Source of the DNA: Methanobacteriota archaeon
GTDB taxonomy: Archaea > Thermoplasmatota > Thermoplasmata > Methanomassiliicoccales > Methanomethylophilaceae
Length of the DNA: 64,000 bases
Direction of reading: 5' to 3'
Assembly: GCA_023402275.1 (NCBI GenBank)
Contig: JAEXCH010000010.1
Location: forward strand, 3,842-67,841
Shown piece after piece: positions 59,424-64,000 of this stretch (position 1 is the first letter of the stretch; the number at the start of each line of letters is the position of its first letter). The position numbers were made by a program, and so were the translations under genes. The notes beneath the pieces were generated by a model that was given only the letters and a program-made list of their open reading frames with translations, was not told where the DNA came from and did not search any database.

Positions 59424-60638
59424 TCACTTTTTTATGGGCCACATGCCCTTCAGTCTGGCGCCTTCTCTCTCGGGGTCCATTGTGGAAACTTCCAATCCGG
59501 GAACTATCATCCTCACGACAGGTACCTCGGTCTCATCTCTTGTTAGATCGACTGCGATGACCATGTCGAACCCTGCTTTGACCAATCTGTCCAGAACTAC
59601 TTCTATGTCATCAAGTACGTAAGGGGTCGAGAGGTCAGGCATGTCCTTCAGATGTATCTTGTTCTGAAGTTCTGAGTACCATGCGCGGTTGACGGATTTG
59701 ATCTTATCATATCCCATGTCATTGGCTATCCTCAGTAATCTTGCATTGCCTTTGACTCCATGTTTGTGGGTGGTCCTGCTTTGAGCCACTTCGGTGATGG
59801 CCCTTATGCATGCTATCTCGGGATTGAGATGGGTACCAACTCCTATCGTCAAGAGTTCCGGGTCCTTTGTGACAGTATCGTCGGCTGCCGCCCCGATGGT
59901 CGGGACCCCTATGTCATGCGTCAGATCCTTCAGGTATATGTCCACACCCTGTTCTTTGAACAATTTGAGAAGTCTGCCAGGTGTCGATTCCTCATCCACA
60001 ATTACATCCGCGAAAGCTCTTCCCCTATCCTCCATGAGGGACCAGGCATCCCTCTCTATCAACTCGAAAAGCGCATGGAGTATCGCTTCTTCCATAGTGT
60101 TTCCGGATGCTATTCCGTTGGTATGATATCTGAAAAGCTGAAGATCGTCCTCAGGGAAATAAGGATGGAACACCGAACATGCCGGAACCCAGATCGGCAA
60201 CCCCCTGAACATCTCGAAACCCCTGACCCATGCTATCTCAGCATGATCATAGACATCAAGCGTCCTGTAAGGCAGGATCAGGTCCTTTGGATCGACCGTA
60301 AGACCAACATCCATGGCCTGCTCAACGGTACCGTATATCACTTCATCGGATTCCCTGAGTTCTGCGCTGTATCTCTCAACGGCTTCCATGACAGCTGATG
60401 CCTTTGCCTGCTCAGTTGTCACACCCTTGCCGTTGTAATTCTTAACAGCGCCGTCCGCCGCATCCGGTCTGTCGACCGCAAAGACGGGTATTCCGATGTT
60501 ATCAAGAGCTGTTATGTTCTCAGGGTCACAGATGCCTATTTTGGAGAGTATGGGCAAGACCTTTTCCAATGTCTTTTCCGGAGGTATTATCCTTATTCCT
60601 GTCTCTGGCGAATACTTAGAGCACCTGTTCAGTATCAT
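59424..60638 (-). CDS. ycaO: YcaO-domain protein (methanogenesis marker 1; McrA glycine thioamidation type)
   Basis: GKGVTTEQAKASAVMEAVERYSA and NGIASGNTMEEAILHALFELIERDA are classic YcaO motifs. 404 aa. Convergent with the mcr operon. Confidence 0.8.
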   Translation of the reverse strand: MILNRCSKYSPETGIRIIPPEKTLEKVLPILSKIGICDPENITALDNIGIPVFAVDRPDAADGAVKNYNGKGVTTEQAKASAVMEAVERYSAELRESDEVIYGTVEQAMDVGLTVDPKDLILPYRTLDVYDHAEIAWVRGFEMFRGLPIWVPACSVFHPYFPEDDLQLFRYHTNGIASGNTMEEAILHALFELIERDAWSLMEDRGRAFADVIVDEESTPGRLLKLFKEQGVDIYLKDLTHDIGVPTIGAAADDTVTKDPELLTIGVGTHLNPEIACIRAITEVAQSRTTHKHGVKGNARLLRIANDMGYDKIKSVNRAWYSELQNKIHLKDMPDLSTPYVLDDIEVVLDRLVKAGFDMVIAVDLTRDETEVPVVRMIVPGLEVSTMDPEREGARLKGMWPIKK

Positions 60639-60684
60639 GGCTCCGCCGTGATAGCAATGATAGGATTTAATCCCAACACAAGGC

Positions 60685-61233
60685 TCAAATATCGTTGTAT
60701 CCGACGAGGACGCTTGCCAACTTTGGATCGTCCTGAAGCTTGTAGTATTTCCTCATCATCAGATCGCAAGTAGGTGCGGGACTGCATGATATCACATCCT
60801 TGCAGCCATTCTCCGCATTCAATTCGGGGAATGATACCGCAGGCATCACGAACTTCTCTCCCCCCATGCCTTTGACCTCGGGGAACAACACGAAAGCATC
60901 GGACAGCCAGACCACGTCCTCTCTGTTAAGATATTCCTTGGCGGTGAAAGGGAACACCTCAAGACCCATGATAGCCCCTGTATCCGATACAAGGATGACA
61001 GTGGGTTCCGGCGGCGGTCTGAATCTGGGGTCCTTTATGATCGCTATCACGTGATCCCTTTGCAGAGCCTCATCGAAACCCTCATTCTGAACAACGATGT
61101 TGCCCATGGCAATGACCTTTTCCTCCTCGTCTCTCATCTGATCAAGGATATCTTTGTCAAGATAGAATGCATGGATAACTCCCCTCATGTTCCTTATAAT
61201 CTCTAAGGGCTTACTGATGACTTCCTCACTCAT
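60685..61233 (-). CDS. Hypothetical protein upstream of ycaO
   Basis: 182-aa ORF, co-oriented and 46 nt upstream of ycaO. It has no TfuA-like features that I can recognise. Confidence 0.5.
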   Translation of the reverse strand: MSEEVISKPLEIIRNMRGVIHAFYLDKDILDQMRDEEEKVIAMGNIVVQNEGFDEALQRDHVIAIIKDPRFRPPPEPTVILVSDTGAIMGLEVFPFTAKEYLNREDVVWLSDAFVLFPEVKGMGGEKFVMPAVSFPELNAENGCKDVISCSPAPTCDLMMRKYYKLQDDPKLASVLVGYNDI

Positions 61234-61356
61234 CTATGGAAAATGGGAATCTGATTATATACAATTAGCGATAATTGGATGTGTCTTACCTAACCTAATT
61301 ATAGTTGTTCGTAGGACAATCCATTCAAAAGATCGGGTTTGTAAGATGTTTTGGTG

Positions 61357-61680
61357 TCATTCGATCTTTATCGTGACATCCCTTTTAAGTCCGAGTCCTC
61401 CGGCCACTTCAACGGCCTTGACCATCCCGCACGGTACGGGACATGCCGCATGAGGCAGGCTCTCGCTTGCTAATTTATAGACGTCGGTCTCGCACATCTT
61501 CCCCTCCACTTCCGTGTATGGGCAGATGGGTTGAATGGACCAGGACATCCTGAGTACATTGGGACAATCACTGTGTATCTCAATCTCCACCATACCGGTA
61601 TCCGGGTTGCTCTTGGCCTCTATGGTGGTTATCATCTTGCATACGCCACCATCAACAGTGACCTTGCATTCGTCGCTCAT
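61357..61680 (-). CDS. Small Cys-rich hypothetical protein
   Basis: 107 aa with 7 Cys (CKVTVDGGVC, CPNV, CPYT, CETD, CPVPCG). Its start overlaps the stop of the upstream 326-aa gene by 4 nt. Confidence 0.5.
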   Translation of the reverse strand: MSDECKVTVDGGVCKMITTIEAKSNPDTGMVEIEIHSDCPNVLRMSWSIQPICPYTEVEGKMCETDVYKLASESLPHAACPVPCGMVKAVEVAGGLGLKRDVTIKIE

Positions 61681-62657
61681 TCCTCATCACTCCTTAGACG
61701 TATCAGGTTGTTCACTCCGGCCATGCTCCGTATGTCGACCACTCCTATTGCCGCTATCACACGATTGTCAAGTTCGATAGGCGTGACTATGACCCTTATT
61801 CCTTTGTAAGGACCTGATATAGCGATCTTCCTTATTGTCGTACCAGCATTAATTACTTCTTCAAGTACAGCGCCTGTGTAAGCATTGTCTATGACCTTTC
61901 CGGATTCTATCCTTATTCCTAGATTGTCCCTGCTCTTGGCGCATACGGGAAGTCCGCCAACAAGGTCATGTATCGCAAAGGCCAGGGACAATAGTTCATT
62001 GCCCGTGCTCCTGTGGGTCAGTATCTCATCCAATTCGCGCCTTATGTGTAGTCCGCCCAGTAGTTCTATTCCTGCGGTAACGGCACCGAACTCCGCCTTG
62101 TCAGGGGTGGACGCGGTACCGATTATTATGACATCCCCGTCATTTATCTCGAAACACCCTCTTAGTGCCCTCTCCACCCTTTGATCGACAGGATAGTACG
62201 ATCCCGGGAAGATCAGGACGTTGTTCGAGCATACAAGGGTGGTCGCCCCGGTCGCCCCGGTCTTTATGGCCGCATCCCTTTCCTCGCATCCGAACTTCAC
62301 GTTGGATGCCACTCCGGGCACCCTTACCGCACAATCATTCTCTCCGATGGTGAGTTCGCTCACTTTGATGTTCTTCACATCCATTCTCACCGATCTCCAC
62401 GCATCCATGCCCTCCTTTGTGAGGGACACCCCGTTCTTATTGATGGCGATCAGGCCATCCTCTTGAAGCATGTTCAGTATCGTCCTGGTGCTACCCTCCC
62501 CTATATTTAGGAGAGTGGCCAGTCTCTTCCTGCCCAGCGGGCTGTTCTCATTGATGCAATAGAGTGTCTTCCAAACGTGATAATCCTCAAACTTCGGTAT
62601 CGGCCCCCCGAGTCTGGAAGTATGTCTATATGCCATATGGATGTATTGTTCATCCAT
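61677..62657 (-). CDS. Hypothetical protein with an N-terminal winged-helix-like segment
   Basis: GRKRLATLLNIGEGSTRTILNMLQEDGLIAINKNGVSLTKEG looks like a wHTH. I do not recognise the C-terminal ~200 aa. Divergent from atwA. Confidence 0.5.
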   Translation of the reverse strand: MDEQYIHMAYRHTSRLGGPIPKFEDYHVWKTLYCINENSPLGRKRLATLLNIGEGSTRTILNMLQEDGLIAINKNGVSLTKEGMDAWRSVRMDVKNIKVSELTIGENDCAVRVPGVASNVKFGCEERDAAIKTGATGATTLVCSNNVLIFPGSYYPVDQRVERALRGCFEINDGDVIIIGTASTPDKAEFGAVTAGIELLGGLHIRRELDEILTHRSTGNELLSLAFAIHDLVGGLPVCAKSRDNLGIRIESGKVIDNAYTGAVLEEVINAGTTIRKIAISGPYKGIRVIVTPIELDNRVIAAIGVVDIRSMAGVNNLIRLRSDEE

Positions 62658-62739
62658 CCTAAAAACTTAACGCATTCAACAGCTTATTTGTTACCCCCTT
62701 TCCGACACTTTATATGTTTTGTTGACCTTGTGTGTAGAC

Positions 62740-64000
62740 ATGGAAAAGTCGGTCAACCTTTTGACCATTGAGAATGTGACCAAGAGCTTCAACGGAAGAA
62801 TGGTCCTTAACAATGTCAGTGCAAAGATATCCTCAGGAAAAGTTCTTGGTTTGATCGGAAAGAGCGCAGCAGGGAAGAGCGTTCTTATACACATGATAAG
62901 GGGAAGCGAAGGATACGGTCCCGATTCGGGAAGGATCCTCTTCAATGTGAACCATTGCCACAAATGCGGCAACATGGACCTCCCCTTCCCAGGCGTTCCT
63001 TGTTCAAGATGCGGTTCGGAGCCCAAGACCGAAGAGATCGATTATTGGGGGCTTAAGGAATACGATCCCGTAAGGCAGGAACTGAAGGGACACATAGCGA
63101 TAATGATACAGAGGACGTTCGCCCTGTTCGGTGACAGATCGGTCGTGGAGAATGTCTTGGAAGCGATAGATCCCGATGATCCGAAGCGTATAGACAAGGC
63201 CGTCGAACTCTTGGAGTTCGTCAATATGACGCATCGTGCGACCCATATCGCCAGGGATCTCTCCGGTGGAGAGAAACAGAGAGTGGTCATGGCGAGACAA
63301 CTTGCCAAAGAGCCTTTGTTCTTCCTTGCGGATGAGCCAACCGGAACCCTTGACCCGCATACATCCTCGCTCATACACAAGAGACTCGTTGAATACGTGC
63401 AGAAACACAAGATATGCATGGTACTCGCCTCACATTGGCCTGAGGCCATCGTGGAGATGTCCGATGATGCGATATGGCTGGATTCAGGCAATGTCGTTAT
63501 GGACGGGGACCCGAAGAAGGTCACAGAGAAGTTCATGGAGGAATACCACTTCGAAAAGGGTGAGACCTCGGAATTGGGAGAGCCCCTCATTGTACTGGAG
63601 AATGCACAGAAACATTATTTCTCCGTTTCCAGAGGAGTGGTGAAGGCTGTCGACGGGGTCACCTTCGATATCAAGGAGAGGGAGATATTCGCTCTGGTAG
63701 GACTATCGGGAGCAGGTAAGACCACAACATCCAGGATGATCGCGGGCATGACGCCTGCAACATCAGGTTCCGTCAAGATAAAGATCGGTGATGATTGGAT
63801 AGATATGTCCGAAACAGGATTCGCCGGAAAGGGAAGGGCCACACCATACATCGGATTCCTCCATCAGGAGTATACTCTGTACCCATTCGACACAGTACTG
63901 CAGAATCTTTCCACCTCCATAGGAATGAAGATGCCTGCCGAGCTTGCGAAGATGAAGGCCATACAGGTACTTCTGAGTGTGGGATTCCCAAGAAAGGACA
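62740..64000 (+). CDS. atwA: Methyl-coenzyme M reductase system component A2 (double ABC ATPase), 3'-truncated by the window edge
   Basis: Translated by hand from ATG 62740, open to base 64000. NBD1: GLIGKSAAGKS, LSGGEKQR, FFLADEPTGTLD, with an inserted Cys4 ribbon CHKCG...CSRCG. NBD2 begins with LVGLSGAGKTT. It is not in the ORF track because no stop lies inside the window. Confidence 0.8.
   Translation, partial: MEKSVNLLTIENVTKSFNGRMVLNNVSAKISSGKVLGLIGKSAAGKSVLIHMIRGSEGYGPDSGRILFNVNHCHKCGNMDLPFPGVPCSRCGSEPKTEEIDYWGLKEYDPVRQELKGHIAIMIQRTFALFGDRSVVENVLEAIDPDDPKRIDKAVELLEFVNMTHRATHIARDLSGGEKQRVVMARQLAKEPLFFLADEPTGTLDPHTSSLIHKRLVEYVQKHKICMVLASHWPEAIVEMSDDAIWLDSGNVVMDGDPKKVTEKFMEEYHFEKGETSELGEPLIVLENAQKHYFSVSRGVVKAVDGVTFDIKEREIFALVGLSGAGKTTTSRMIAGMTPATSGSVKIKIGDDWIDMSETGFAGKGRATPYIGFLHQEYTLYPFDTVLQNLSTSIGMKMPAELAKMKAIQVLLSVGFPRKD

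Noticed and set aside
60685-61233. Possibility that the 182-aa protein next to ycaO is TfuA.
   Set aside because: It lies upstream rather than downstream of ycaO, and it does not resemble the TfuA sequences I remember. Left as hypothetical; a TfuA HMM search would settle it.
1-64000. CRISPR arrays, rRNA genes and large direct repeats.
   Set aside because: Reading all intergenic regions (the longest are about 250-280 nt), I found no regularly spaced short repeats. No intergenic region is long enough for rRNA. The only long similar segments are the two map genes and the two IS copies.

Overview
Archaeal chromosomal segment, most likely from a methyl-reducing methanogen of the Methanomassiliicoccales type. 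Supporting genes: mcrBDGA, an MtaA-family methyltransferase, atwA, an mcr-linked ycaO, PolD DP2, Nog1, RNase P Rpp21, diphthamide and archaeosine-precursor genes, and a tetraether-lipid gene cluster. I support about 65 protein genes, two tRNAs (Leu-CAA, His-GTG with encoded G-1), two tandem decayed IS5-like copies, a few hairpin/T-tract terminators and one candidate promoter with a leader hairpin. Most of the window is core housekeeping. Two short, visibly AT-richer accessory islands stand out. (i) 7.8-10.5 kb lies between tRNA-Leu and the S13 operon. It carries a translationally coupled SF1 helicase/PD-(D/E)xK nuclease fusion plus a stand-alone DEDDh exonuclease. This is my best candidate for an undescribed defence-type system; the alternative is a mobile-element replication remnant. 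(ii) 29.7-31.3 kb lies next to the IS copies and carries a small membrane protein plus a duplicated YfbR-like HD-domain protein. Other points: three uncharacterised genes sit between the McrA-thioamidation ycaO and atwA. A 57-aa ferredoxin missed by the ORF track sits between tes and the geranylgeranyl reductase gene. atwA is missing from the track because it runs off the window. There is a giant lamin-tail-domain protein and two Flg_new-repeat adhesin-like proteins. None of the supported CDSs ends in TAG. All functional calls come from motif recognition by eye; no searches or computations were run.
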